Positions 24,601 through 37,824 of a stretch of DNA of 64,000 nucleotides are shown here, piece by piece (position 1 is the stretch's first letter; every line of letters starts with the position of its first letter). This DNA is from Antechinus flavipes (lineage: Eukaryota). The notes below the pieces were generated by a model. That model saw nothing but the letters and a program-made list of their open reading frames with translations, made no database searches and was not told the origin of the DNA. Position numbers and translations under genes: made by a program. Location: the NCBI RefSeq assembly GCF_016432865.1, contig NC_067400.1, positions 65,348,001-65,412,000 of the forward strand, given 5' to 3'.

Positions 24601-26615
24601 ACAGAGCACTGCAATATATTCTTGCCAAAGAATTCCTTTTTAAAAAAGCACTTTTAATTTTGTTTTGTAAATGACTATCTTTCTCATACCTTCTTCTTCC
24701 CTCTGCCAATCCACTTTGCTGTTGATTTATGTTGTATGTTGTTGATGTTTGTTTGTCGATCCCCTTGGGAATGTTGGATCATTCCATCTTGAAGCCAGGC
24801 TGAGATAGGAGAGGATAGATCTGAAAATCATGGACAGAGGAGAGAGACTATCACTTAAGCCTCAGTCAGAGTGATGACAATAAATGATTTGTCTCTATTC
24901 CCTCCACACACACACTCACACACACACTTGGCCCTCTCCCACCTAGCACCATTCTGAGTCAGGATGAAAACTCTCTTAGGTTTCCAAGACAGGATGAGGA
25001 TGTAATAAGAGTATCCTCAAGGGAGAGAGGAGAGGTAAAGGAACTCTTCAAAACAAGCTAAGCTCAGTATAGGATTTTGGGAGCTTCTTTAGGTGTGGGA
25101 TGAGTAGGAAAAAGAAAATGTGAACTGATGTTGAGAGATTAGATGAATGGGGAGCAAATCCAGTTTGACCAGCTTCAGATGCTTCTCTTCTTCCTGATCA
25201 GGATCTTTCTATCACCATCACAGGGGCCCCGTTCTATTTTGTTTTCCTTAGCTTGTGTTTTCCTTTTGCATTGTAAGTGGTATGTGCATTGAAAAAAGGC
25301 CTCCCCCCGCCACAAAAGAGAGGCCATATCTTTTGGAACAAGTCCCTCCAGTTCCACATGCAACTCTTGAGTGCTTCCTTTGGGTGGACAGAAAAAAAAT
25401 TGTGGGGAATAGGCCATGTCTAACCATCATTGAAGGTGGAATTTCTGGGTAAGTTAGAGTCTCAGACAGGAGAGGAGGGTAGAGGTGTACGTGTGTATGT
25501 TATGTATGTGTGTGAGAGAAGCCCATCAGAGGAAAAAAGTGAGTAGAAGGCTCCCAGGAAAAGTTGAGTGTAGGAAATTCCAGTCACTTTGATCTGACTG
25601 GGACTGGACTGAGAGGTCCATTCCCCTTCATTGGCCCAAAGGAAGCACTGGCGTGTGAGAAGAATCTGGTCTAGATTGCCCTTTCAAGGATCATTTCTCT
25701 GTCCGTCCTAGTCTAGACCTCTTCTCTGCATTGCCTCCCCCTTCAGCAACACTAGATAAGGTGTCTTTCAGCCCTGGTACATCCAGGCGGAAGCCCTTTA
25801 TCTGCTAAGACTCTGGAGTTTCCTTGCACAACATAGAAAAGGTGGGTGTGAGTATACATGTGTATGTGGGTGTGTATGTGTATGTGTGCATCTGTGTATG
25901 GGAGGACGTGTGTATGGGGATGGGTAATCGTTGCAAGAGGCAGTGGAAAGTCTGGTACGAAATCACCTTCAGGCAAAAGGAATCGGGAGGTGAGATCCAG
26001 AGGGTCACCCAGCTGGCTTCAGGCTCAGTCTTGGTTTTGTTTGATTGATGGAGAAAATCATTAGTCAGAATGAGGGTTGTTCTGTTCCTCCCCAAGTCCC
26101 GTTTCCTAGTGTCTGGGAAATGCAGGAAAGCTTTCTTTTCTTCCCATTCCTGTGCTGTTCTAGCAGCCTGAATCTCATTGGGAGAGTGTTCCAAATTAAT
26201 TTTCTAATCAGTGTTAAGAAGTTTGAAACCTGTGTGTGTGTGTATGTATATGTTAGTGTATAAGTGCACAGATGTTTAATGTCTTTTTATGTTTCCCCCT
26301 CCTCCTGTTTCAAATCTTATTGAAAGCAAATGTAAGAAATCCCTCCCCCCACTAGCCCTCCCTCAGAAAAAATATAATAACCCTCTCCTTTTCAATCCAC
26401 CCCAGCTATGTATTTATATAGATGGAAATATACTTTATATTTTGTATCATTGTGCCCATAACTTTTGCCACCTTGTATAAAATCTGACTTATGTTACTCA
26501 TCCCGGGTATGAATGTATTGTACACTGATGCTCTCCTCCCACTCTGTACAGCGGCCTTTGTTTCTTTGCGACCCATTGTATGGCTTTATAAATGATAAAG
26601 TTTAAAAAAAATCCA
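21611..26615 (+). other. TNS1: Putative TNS1 3'UTR (~5 kb)
   Basis: Almost free of recognisable interspersed repeats up to ~26.8 kb, where repeats resume; ends at a poly(A)-like site. The end position is inferred. Confidence 0.65.
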
Positions 26616-26630
26616 ATTTTTTGTGTGGGA
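26587..26630 (+). terminator. Putative distal polyadenylation site with variant hexamers
   Basis: TATAAA 26587-26592 and GATAAA 26594-26599, several upstream TGTA motifs, downstream TTTTTTGTGTGG. Confidence 0.5.
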
Positions 26631-27154
26631 TCATTGCTTGGAATGAAGTATTAGGGCCATGATAGGGAAAAAAATCTTCCATGTTTGGGGGATGACCTCA
26701 GTTTTTCTTAGGTGGTAGAATTCTCTTGGCTAAGGCTCACGAATCTGTGGCCTTGTGACTGGTATGGATGACCCACGTATAGATAAAACATACAAGTGTA
26801 TCTCACCAGTGCACACAAATAATCACACAACTGTTATGCATCTTGAGTTAAGTCAACAACTACCTAACTGGCATTGTATTAGGACTGTAAAACTGAGAAG
26901 GGGAAGAGATCCCAAAGATCACCTAGTCCCTCCTTCCATCCCCAGTTTTACAAATAAAGAGACATTAAGAACTTGCCCCAAGTTCCATAGAGAGGAAGCT
27001 CAAAATCTGGGATCAGGTCTTCTGGCTTCAAGATCTGGGCTCCTACCACTCTCCTTCATTGCCTTTGAGGGAAATTCAGGAGATCCAAAAAGGGGAATCA
27101 TGGAATTATAGAGAGCTGGAAATAAGCCCAAAGATCTTCAAGTTCAACTCCTTT

Positions 27155-27420
27155 CTTTTTTTTTTTTATTTTTCAAGACACATGCATGGACAATTCTTTA
27201 ACATTAGCCCTTGCAAAACCTTGTGTTCCAATTTCCCCTCCCTTCCCCCACACCCTCCTCTAGATGGCAAGTAGTCCAATATATGTTAAACATGGTAGAA
27301 ATGTGTTAAATCCAATATATGCATACACATTTATACAATTATTGCACTGCACAAGAAAAATCAAATCAAATCAGTAAAAAAAAAAAAAGCAATAAAATGT
27401 AAGCAAGCGACAATGAAAAG
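27155..27420 (-). mobile_element. 5'-truncated L1 (3'UTR)
   Basis: Poly-T start; 10-bp TSD CAACTCCTTT at 27145-27154 and 27421-27430. Confidence 0.85.
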
Positions 27421-28049
27421 CAACTCCTTTATTTTGAAAGATACTCAAGTCCTGAGAATGGAAGTGCTTGAAATCCTACAGTAAGCACCTGGGGAATAAT
27501 TTGAACTCAAATTCACTGACTCCCAATGGAACATGTTGCCATTAATTTAATTGGGGAGACCAGACTAAAGTGTGAAACAACAGTAAACAAAGTAAGGCAG
27601 TAAATAATTAAACCATATAGTGTGTGGTTCAGACTTAAGTATAAAAATTGGAAGTTAGCAGAGGATAAGGGAAAAAGGCAGGAGATGACTTTTTTGGAGA
27701 TGCTGTGGCTTGATGTGGTCATTATCTGTTGAGATATGACACAGGAGTCAAGAAATTAGCCTTTCAATCCTCTTGGCCATGGTTAGACTGAAAAGAACCA
27801 TATGACTTCTAAGCCCCACAGCTGAAGAGTGATATTGATGTCTAGTGGTCAATAGTGTAGAGTAAGAATGAAGTAAGATCTGAGAAGAGACAGATTGGGA
27901 GTGATTATTGAAAAACTGGAAAATGGAATCTGAGAGGAAAAACCAAAGATGAATTTCACTTATCCCAGAGAAGAAAAGAATGAGAAGGGACTGAATAATA
28001 AACATTTTTGAAAGTCTATTCTATAGAGGAAAGTCAGTTTGATATAGTG

Positions 28050-28392
28050 CAGAGCTACTTAAACTTTTTTCACTTATGATTGCTTTTCATCCAAGAAATT
28101 GTTACTCAGTATAAAGATATATACAAGAAGAATACAAATCAAACATTTATTAATAATACAAATCATAAAGAAATTTATTTTAAAACAATTTTTTGCTTTA
28201 CATATTATTTTACCATTTATTAAAAACGAAAGCAAATTTGCATACTAACGAGATGGCTTGGTTATTTTTACATGAAGAATTAAATCTTGGCAGAGTATTT
28301 GATATCTTTTACTATTGCCAAAATTTTTGTGACCCTCACCTTCAGTTATATGACCTCATTTGGGGTTGTAACCCACAGTTTAAGAAGCTATG
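28050..28392. mobile_element. hAT-type MITE inserted in a MIR head
   Basis: TIR cagagctacttaaact / agtttaagaagctatg; TSD atatagtg/gtatagtg (7/8). Confidence 0.7.
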
Positions 28393-28989
28393 GTATAGTG
28401 GATAGGGAGCTGGCTTTTGTGTCAGGAAGAACTGGGTGCTGACACATACTGGCTGGTATGAACCCCCCCCTTAACGCTCCAGATAATTCTAAGATCGTAA
28501 ATTCCTGGCAAGGGACCTGCCTACATGATAGAGAGGGTTTATTTCCCTTACAGTTCTATAGGCTAATAAAATCTGGCATCTAATTTATATCTTTATCCAT
28601 GTTATTTAGATAATGGCCAGTTCTCCAGCTACTTGGCCCCAAGGGAGGAGATGGCAGGGTATAAGAGAGCAGAATTCTTGTTCTGTTTCTGATACCAACT
28701 GGGTGGCCTTGGGGGTCTCATTACTGCCCGAGGCATGAGTTTACTCATCTGTAAACTGAAGGTGTTGAAATAGATGAATTCTGAGATTTCTTCCAGGACT
28801 AATCATGTGATTTCAAGTGGTTTTCAGATCTAAGCCAATATGCAGTCTGCAGAGATCCTTTCGTATGGCACAGTGGTCCCCATTTCTGTTTGTTTAATAC
28901 CACTGGGATAGAGAGTTTCAGTTGAGCAGGTACATAAGATACCTCTTTTAAAAAAGCAAATCCAATATTAGATTCATTATCCATCAAAA

Positions 28990-29360
28990 TATGTTCAAAG
29001 AGCATAACTGATCAGAATACTCCTAGAGAAGTTCGTTTTTTGGGTTCACTTTTGGGGGTAACATTTTAAAGTGGACTTTGACAAATATCTAGAGGACACA
29101 TTCCAGAGTTAATGACATGTCTGGAAATCGTGTCACATGAGGAACAATTGAATAAGCCAGCAATATTTGGCCTGGAAAAGACAAAACAAAGACAGAATTA
29201 CAGTTTTCAATTATGTCACAGAGAAGATAAAATCTGTTACTTTAGAGAGATACCTAGAGGCAAGGGTTGGCAATACAGTACAATTCAATGTAAAAAAGGT
29301 AGGGAGTTTTCCATTTCTAGAAGTGTTCAAGCAGAATAGATGAGTTTGGGTCAGGGATGT
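28990..29360 (+). mobile_element. L3/CR1 LINE 3' fragment
   Basis: ctggaaatcgtgtcacatgaggaacaattgaat...tttggcctggaaaaga resembles the CR1 ORF2 C-terminus. Confidence 0.7.
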
Positions 29361-32059
29361 CTGCATTTGGGGACGATTAGACCTCTCAGCATACAGCTAT
29401 TCATGGAGTTTTGCTCTTCATCCCAGGATTTGAGTGAGTAAGTACATTGAGGACATCTTACCACCCCAGTCTGAAGATGCTATTGTTGCGGATAGATCTA
29501 CCCTTTTCCCACCATGACTGATAATTCAGAAAACTAGCCATAACTGTTAAGGGTTGGGCTTTGGAGATGGATGAAAGCTCTCAAGTCCTTCATGCTCCAT
29601 GCTCCCTCCCTCTTTTCCTTCCTCCCCCAGCTTTTGAAAACTCTGGAGGAGAGCTGGGCAGCCGGAAGTTGTAGAAGAAAACAAGCTCCCTAACTGATAT
29701 CCATCTGCTCGGCGCCCATTTCCCGACCACAGTGCTTGGGGAAGGCTGCCCGGCTGCCTTGGGCTTTTAGGAGATTTAAAAGGGGATATCGGGACAGGAT
29801 GTCTGATGTCTGAGCCCTGTGCCCCTGCCCTTGCTCCCTTCCCTGACTCCCCAAAGTGGTTAGATTCCCTGAGGGATCTGAGAAAGGAAGGCAGGGAGTT
29901 AGACCCCAACTTAACCCCCTGCCAGATTCCAAATGGACCATTTTATCATTCGAGCAATTTGACAGACACATTCAATCTTAGATATGTGGTTTGTGGCTTG
30001 TTCAGGATATTGGGACCACAGGGACAAGGAGAAGGGATGGATGCTTTTAAATAGAATAGTAGGATAGCTGGAAAGTGAGGGAGAGGTGAATCAGCATAAG
30101 TATGTTGGGGATGATGAAGATCTAAACCTCTAATTTAATGGAGGGATCATTCCCTCAGCATGCATGCTGGAAGATGTCTTAATCTACCTCCTTCTTTTCT
30201 TCCCATTTGCACATCTGGACCCAGAAAAGGCTTCTAAGGATATCACAGAAGATCCCCAGGGATATCAGGATATCAGACTTCCTATGTTTAGTGTTTAGGG
30301 GAAGCCCATAGCAATTAAAGGAAGGAGAAAGGGGCAGATAGGGACCTGTTAATTATCCCTTTTCTAGAGCCTCATCCTCTTTATGTATAAAGAATAGAAG
30401 ACTTCTGAAATGAAAAGAAAACAAAACAAAAACAAAAACCATTTCTAGGAAAGGCAAATTACTTACCCAAGATCACAGTGTAAATTAATAAGGGGCAGAA
30501 CTGGGACTAAACCCCACGGCTTAAAATCATTGATCTAAATCTAGAAGGTGTGTCAGAGACTGTTGGCTGACCTCATTCACCAATGAGAAAACTAAGGCTT
30601 GCCTGAGACCACACAAGTATTAAACATCAAAGGCAAGATTTAAATCCATGTCTTTTGACTCCAGAACCTGGTTCATTGATTTCCAGTCCAATATTCTTTT
30701 GGCCACGTCACTATATGTGACCGATTTTGGAGAATGGTCCTGAGGACACTCATGAACACCTTAGCTTGATATCTTTTTGGGGTAAGAGAGTGGGAAAAGA
30801 GATTGTGTGGACTAAGGGGAAGGTTAGGGGGAGGGGAAAGGAAGCCAACATAGATTCTCTTGAGTTTTTCTTTGTTAGTATTTCCATAGAACATGATAGT
30901 AATAGCTGGTATTTGTATAGGTTTTGAGTTTGCAAAGAACTTTCCAGACCTTATTTCATTTGATTCTCACAACAATCTTGGGATATAGGTGTGATTATTA
31001 TTATTATTATTATTACCATTTTACAGAAGAGGAAAAATAATGTACTTTGAGGGTCACACAGCTAATATATGTCTGATTCAAGATTTAAACCCAAGTCTTC
31101 CTGATTCAAAGACTAGCTTTCTACCTACTCAGGCAGTTTAAGTTCTCCCTAATTTCTATGTAGAATGACCTCTTTTCCAGCCCAGTCCAACAGACAGGCA
31201 TGCATGATGAAATGTATCTTAGTCTACTTTCTTCCTTCCTTGCCATTCCCACACCTGATGCCCAGAGAGATTCCCAAGGACATCACAGAAGGTTCTCAGG
31301 GATATCAGGACACAGACTTTCTATACTTAGTGTTTAGGGGGAGCCTTTGTCAATTAAGGAAGGGAAAAGAGGCAGATAGCAATTAGTTCTCTCATTTATT
31401 TGTTTCCTATTAACTCCTTATTTATTATATCCCCTTCCATCTTTTCTTCTCAGACCTCCATTTCCAACCCCATCCCCTCTTTCCCTCAGTGACTATCTGG
31501 CCTTACATTTTCATGAGACTGTGGTATTCCCAAATGACTTCTTTCATCTCCCCTTATCTATGCTTCCCAAACTCTTTAGACCATGTCTCATTTTCGACTC
31601 CTTCCCTTTCATTTCAGAGGATGAGAAAGGCCTTCATTTCTATTCTTTCAGTTTTGTCCTTGATTTTATTCTCTTCCACAGAACTTGTTCTATCAATCAT
31701 TCTGTCCCTCTCTGTCTCTTTGTCTATTTTTGTCACTGTTTTTGCCTCTGTGTCTTTCCCCATCCCTATTTTCATTCTTTTGCTTCTGCCTACAATTCTA
31801 CTAAGGTCATCCAAATCCTAAAATAATGTTTCTTTGACCTTGCTGTCTTTCAAGCTATTATTTTATTTTTGGAGGAATTTGGAAAAAGTATGTGAACTCC
31901 TTGAGATCAAAAACTGTTTTTGCCTTTATTTGTATCCTTGGTGCTTAGCCAGTTTCTAACACATAAGTTTTTAACCAATTCTTATTGAATAAGTGACTAT
32001 CTATTGATTTAATTCAATAAATATTATTAAGTAGTACTCCAGTAGATTCAGTGATCAGT

Positions 32060-32330
32060 GACTTAACCTATCTTATTATCTGCAGATGACTTTCAAATCT
32101 ATAACTCCACCTCAATTTTTCTCCTGAGTGCCAGACTTGGATTTCTCATTGCCTCTTGGACATCTTCAATAGCAGATACTCTAACTCATTGTGTCCAACA
32201 GATACCATCACCTTTTTTCCTCTTCCCCTTTCTCCTACTAAACCCCTTAGCCCTTTGTTTCTGCTACCTCCATTCATGAGAATTCATTATATCTCTCCTG
32301 GAATATATAATAGACTTCTAATTGAATTCC
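32060..32330 (+). mobile_element. L2 LINE RT-region fragment
   Basis: tgcagatgactttcaaatctat (YADD-like) followed by L2-type sequence. Confidence 0.65.
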
Positions 32331-34136
32331 TTGCCTCCATTATGTCCTTTTCCACTCTTTTAAAAAAAGCTTTATTGATGACTCTCCTCCCCCCAGTCAA
32401 TTATGGATATATCATTTCCTTTCCCTTAAGTACCAAAACTTCCTTTGTTAAAAAAAGAAAAAAAAATCCAACACAGTGATTATATCAGATGGTATATTTC
32501 ATCTGTATAATTTCCAAACTATTTACCTGTCTCAGACACCAAACTGCATCACGAAAGATATATAGAATATATCTTCTTTTAAATTTGTTTTTCATTTATT
32601 TTACTGTAGTTTTTGTGTATATTGTTCTCCTGGTTTTGCTCACTTTAGTCTGTATCAGTTCATATGAGTTTTTTCCATGATTCTCTGAATTTCTCACGTT
32701 TATCATTTCTTATAGCATAATACCATTGCATTATATTCATACAGCACAATTTGTTCAATCATTCTTAGTTGATGAATAATCCCTTTGTTTCCAGTTCTTT
32801 GATACAAAAAGAATATCTTCCCATAGCCTCTTCAGTATTGACTAATTGTTTTTTTCATCTTTGCCAATTTTTTGGATGTGATGTAAAAACTCATGGTTAT
32901 TTTAACTTTAATTTCTTTTATTATTTGTTACTTGGAACATTTTTCATGTAGCCATTAATAGTTTGAAATTCTTTAAAAAACTTTTCATATCCTTTGACTA
33001 CTTATTTATTGATTACTTACGAATTGGCTTTCTCCAATGCCTTCTTCCCTTAACTATAAAAGCAGCCTTACTAATTAAATACAGATGGTACAGATCTGAC
33101 CATATTATTTACTTGTTTAAAATTTTTTAGTGACTCATCATTGTCTATACAATAAAATACAAGGCCCTTTGAGATTTTTTTGTCACTTTGTTTTGCCATA
33201 AGCCCTCTCATTATATTTGATCTAAGTAGCTTCTTTCCTAAATTATCTTTCTTCTTCTACCCCATACATTCATAAATATCCCTAAATCCCAATCCCAAAC
33301 ATGGAATAGATTCTTCCATGTCCATCATTTCTGTAACTTTGTCTTATCAGAGCACCCTTCTCTAAGCTTCTCAGTTTAGGAATTACACATCCCTGACTTT
33401 CTCCAGTTCCCTGTCTCCCAAATAGAAATGATTTTTCTTTGTTTCAATCTCTCATACTACTGTATATGCTACCGTAATAACTTAGTATGTTCTTTAGTAT
33501 ATTGTACTTGTAGTTGTTTATACACATGCCTTACCTCCTCTACCAGATAGCAAGCTTCTTAAAGGAAGGAACAACATTCATTTTTTTTTAATTTTTGTAT
33601 TCACTGTTTAATACTGTACATAAATATGACATCTTGTAATGCTGTATTGATAAGTGCTATATTGAATGAGACAGAATAAAACCTATCAAAAGAAGACATA
33701 TTGGATCAGAGAGAAGTTTAATCACATTTTTGTCCTAAAAAGTTAGTTCCTTCATGAACTAATTCAAAGTAAAATAAGCAGAATTAGGGGAAAAACATGC
33801 ACAATACATATAATAATGCACATAGAAAGAATGTCAAAATTAAATGCTACAAAATTATAATGACCAAGATTGGTTTTAAAGAGGAAATATAAGAAAATAT
33901 ATTTCTCAATTTCTTTTTAGAGGTAAGGGGTCATGCAGTGGAAAACTGCATATAATGTCTTTTTTTTTTTTTTTTTTTTTTACTCACATAGCCACTAGAA
34001 GGGAGATAGAACTTTCCCCTGGAGTGTTCTCTTTCTTCTGGTTTTTAATCTAGTGAACAGTTTTTTAATCACTCAGGAGTTGATCTCATTCTCCTCTGGG
34101 AGAAGAGCTCCAAGAGACTAGAATACCTCTGCAGTA

Positions 34137-34305
34137 TTTTTTTTTGTTTGTTTGTTTGTTTGTTTTTGGGCTGAGGCAATTGGGGTTAAGTGACTTGCCC
34201 AGGGTCACACAATCAGGAAATGTTAAGTGTCTGAGGCCAAATTTGAACTTAGGTCCTCCTAACTTCGGGGCTGGTGCTCTATCCACTGAACTACTTAGCT
34301 GTCCC
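34137..34305 (-). mobile_element. WSINE1-type CORE-SINE
   Basis: Full-length with (TTTG)n tail; TSD CCTCTGCAGT at 34126-34135 and 34304-34313. Confidence 0.85.
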
Positions 34306-35199
34306 TCTGCAGTTCTTTTTAATGAAAATTTTATTAAGAAGGAATAAACTGGAAACCACACAGGAAGCAAGAGGGTCGGGCATCTTAAAATTTTTTCTGA
34401 CAGTGAAGGGTGTGTCATGGGAACAGGCAAATAAGAGAGATTGAGGTATCTCTGTCTCTCTCTTTTTAAAATTAATATTTCCTTCCAAATAGCTAAGATT
34501 TCACCGGGGAAAAGACGGTTATTGTTAATTTATACCTCCCTCTCCTGTCCAAGACAGGAATTTCATTCTCTGTCAGATTTATGAAATAGGTCTGTGCTCA
34601 CCTAAGCAAGATCAGCTTTCCAGAGGCTCAAGAAAGGCATTTAATTTAGCGCTGATAGAAATTTAGTAATGGACATTTGGAGGAAGATTTTTTTTTTTGC
34701 TTATTAAAAGTCCAAGAAAAGGGGAGGACCCTCCTCTCCCATTGACATCATCAGTCATGGTCTCCTGGCCAAATGGAGAACGTCCAAAGGCTATTGGGAA
34801 TATATCTGTCTAGGGAGCCCTTTGCCTAAAGACCTCTCAACTTGGGAGTTACAAAGATTAGTTGACCTATCTGATGATCTTTTCTCAGCCTTCATTCTAC
34901 TGGACTGTTATGCAGCATTTTAAGTTGGATATTCTCCCCCCTTCCTCCCCCCCACCCAATAAGTTTCTATGAAGCTGCTCTTTTAGCTTCCCTCTTACCT
35001 GTCTGGCTTCTCCTAAGTCTCTTCTGCTGGATCATCATCCATATCCCTCTCTTTAATTATGGATGTCCCTTGAGACTCGTCTACTTCTCCTTAGATATTT
35101 CTCATAAGCTCTTATAGATTCAATGATCATCTCAATGCAGATGACTCCTAGATCTCTCTCTCTCTATAAACCTAGTCTCTTCTGAGTTGTATTATCAAC

Positions 35200-35900
35200 T
35201 TTCTATTGGATATAAATAAATGTAAAGATAGTTTTCAACATTCATTTCTTTTTTGAAGCAGTTAGGATTAAGTGACTTTCCCACGGTCACACAGCTAGGA
35301 AGGGCAAATTTGAACTTAGGTCCTCTTGACTCCAGGGCCAGTGATCTGAATACTGTGCCATCTAATTGTCTTTTCAATATTCATTTTTATAAGACTTTAT
35401 GTTCCAAATTTTTCTCCCTCTTCCCTTCTCTCCCCCTTCCCAAGACAGAAAGTAATCTGATATAGGTTAAATATGTGCAATTCTTTTAAACGTATTTCCA
35501 TTTTTGTCATGTTGTGCAAGAAAAATCAGACCCAAAGGGGAAAAAGACCATAAGAAAGAAAAAACAAACATAAACAAAAAGGTGAAAATGCTAGGCTTCA
35601 ATCAATATTCATCTCTTTGGTTCTCTTTCTGAATGTGGAGGAGATTTACTATCCCAATTCTCTATTGGAATTGCTCTAAATCACTGCATTGTTGAGAAGA
35701 GCCAAATCCAGCACTGTTGATCATCATATAATCTTGTTGCTGCGTACAATGTCCTATTGGTTCTACTCAGTTCACTTAGCAGCAGTTCATATAAGTCTTT
35801 CCAGACTTTTCTGAAATAAACCTGTTCATCATTTCTTATAGAACAATAATATCCCAATTACATTCATGTACTATAACTTAGTCATTATGGAAGGACTATC
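35200..35900 (-). mobile_element. L1 3' fragment with nested SINE (~35250-35370)
   Basis: L1 3'UTR similarity; the nested SINE is flanked by ttttcaa(c/t)attcattt. Confidence 0.75.
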
Positions 35901-36340
35901 CCATTACATTCATATACCATAACTTAGTCATTCCACAATTAATGACCATGATGTTATTCTTAAGCTACAAATGTGATCACATCACTCCTCTGCTCAAGAA
36001 ATTGAATTCACCCACTATTACTCACTACTAGAATATAATACAAACTACTCCGGCATTTAAAGCACCTTACAATCAGGGTTTATCTTATCTTTCTATGTTT
36101 CTCTCATGTATTCTACACTCCAGACTGGCTTCCTTTTTACTACCCATATGGAATATTCCAGTTCCTATCTTTGTGTCTCTTTTTCATTTTATTCATGGCT
36201 TATGACACTATAGGCAATTAATAAATGTTTTTTGAATAAATGACTGACTGAATGAAAGGATTAGAAAGGACTTTAGCAACTGCCTACTTTCTTCTCTTCG
36301 TTAGGTGTCCCGTATGTGGTATCCATGATCTTGGATGGAA

Positions 36341-36346
<6 letters not shown>

Positions 36347-36378
<32 letters not shown>
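36347..36378. repeat. (CA)16 microsatellite
   Basis: Read directly. Confidence 0.95.
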
Positions 36379-36379
<1 letters not shown>

Positions 36380-36594
36380 CATTACATCTTTATTTTTTAT
36401 TTTATCATTATTTGTTATTAGTTTATTAACCTATAATTGAAATTTAGCCATTCCTTCAATGATAGAAACTTATTCTTCAGAGAAGGATTCTATAGGTTTT
36501 AGTGGAAGACCAGAGGGGTCCATAACATAAAGAAAATGTGAAGTATTCTTTTCTGCTTTAAATGAATACTGCTCTTTTCTGCAAACCCATCCGT

Positions 36595-36830
36595 ACTAAT
36601 CAAAGCTTTGCTTGAAGACCTCCAGTGAGGGAGAGCCCGTCCCTTCCAGGGACATGCCTTCCATTTTTTGTACAGCTCTAATTGTTAAGAAATTTGTTTT
36701 TACACTGAGCAGAAACCTTCCACTCTTATTTCTGTTTTCCAGGTCCAAGCAGGACAACCTTGATCTCTCTTCTATCAGATAATCCTTCAAGACCTAGAAG
36801 ACAGCTCTCTTTCTCCTGGTTCTCTCTTTT
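36595..36830 (-). mobile_element. L3/CR1 3' fragment
   Basis: ttgcttgaagacctccagtgagggagag...acagctctaattgttaagaa. Confidence 0.7.
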
Positions 36831-36867
36831 CCCAGCTCTCCATTTGTTTAGTCTTTTCTGAATCTTC

Positions 36868-37080
36868 GTGACCTCTTTGGGGTTTTCTTGGAGAGATACT
36901 GGAGAGGTTGGCCATTTCCTTCTCCAGCCCATTTTACAGATGAGGAAACTGAGGTAAACAGGGTGGATAACTTGCCCACAGTCACACCGCTAGCAAGTCT
37001 GAGACCAAATTGAACTCAGTCAGAAGGGTCTTGCCGATTCTAAGTCCATCACTCTTATCCGGTGTTGCCACCTAGTGGCC
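36868..37080 (-). mobile_element. MAR1-type CORE-SINE
   Basis: RTE-like tail (ttggggttttcttgg...gatactggag...ccatttccttctccag), core and tRNA head. Confidence 0.8.
37063..37080 (-). promoter_or_regulatory. Candidate CTCF site (GGCCACTAGGTGGCAACA)
   Basis: 13 of 14 positions match CCASYAGRKGGCRS. Confidence 0.5.
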
Positions 37081-37824
37081 TTTTAATTCCTCATATGACA
37101 TCATGTTTTAGCTTATCAATATTATGGTGCTGTGAAGTGCATGCAATATACTGGAAATGGTCTGCCTCAGATAAAGTATTGACTTTCTTTATTTAGCCAA
37201 AGATCACAATAGTTTGATGAAAACTTGCACTCATATAGAATTTGCAGTATCTTAAAAAAATGTCCTGGTCTCTTCATGTTTGAATTGGTTGTGGATGATC
37301 ATCCCCAATGTTAAATAGCTACCCCTTACTAGCTTGTATTTGGGATTCTGAGAACCCAAGTGTAAAGTGAAGGGATAATAATCAATAAATTAATACTGAT
37401 GATAGGAGGAGAAGCAACAGCATTTATATATGAAGCTCTCATATTTGTAAAGTCCTTTACAGATATTGTTTCATTTTAACCACATTGGTCTTGTGAGGTA
37501 GGTACTATATCTCCATTTTATAGCAAGGAAACTGAGACAGAGCTACCCAGGATCTCATAGCAAGTAAATGTCTTTCTAACTTCAGCTACAGCTCTGTACC
37601 CACTCTATCACCTAGCTGAAAGACATAAGAACTCCAATAAATGCAATGAAAACTTTTGTTTTTTGGGGGCATCTCCATCTGCTACCCACTTCCTGATGGA
37701 GAGATACAGGAGGAGACAAGGTTACCCTATGGTTAGTAGGGAACAACTGGAGGGTTTTTTTTTGAATGGTAGAGTGACAGGGTTAGTTCTGCCTTTAAGG
37801 AAAATCACTTTTGCAGCAGTGTTC

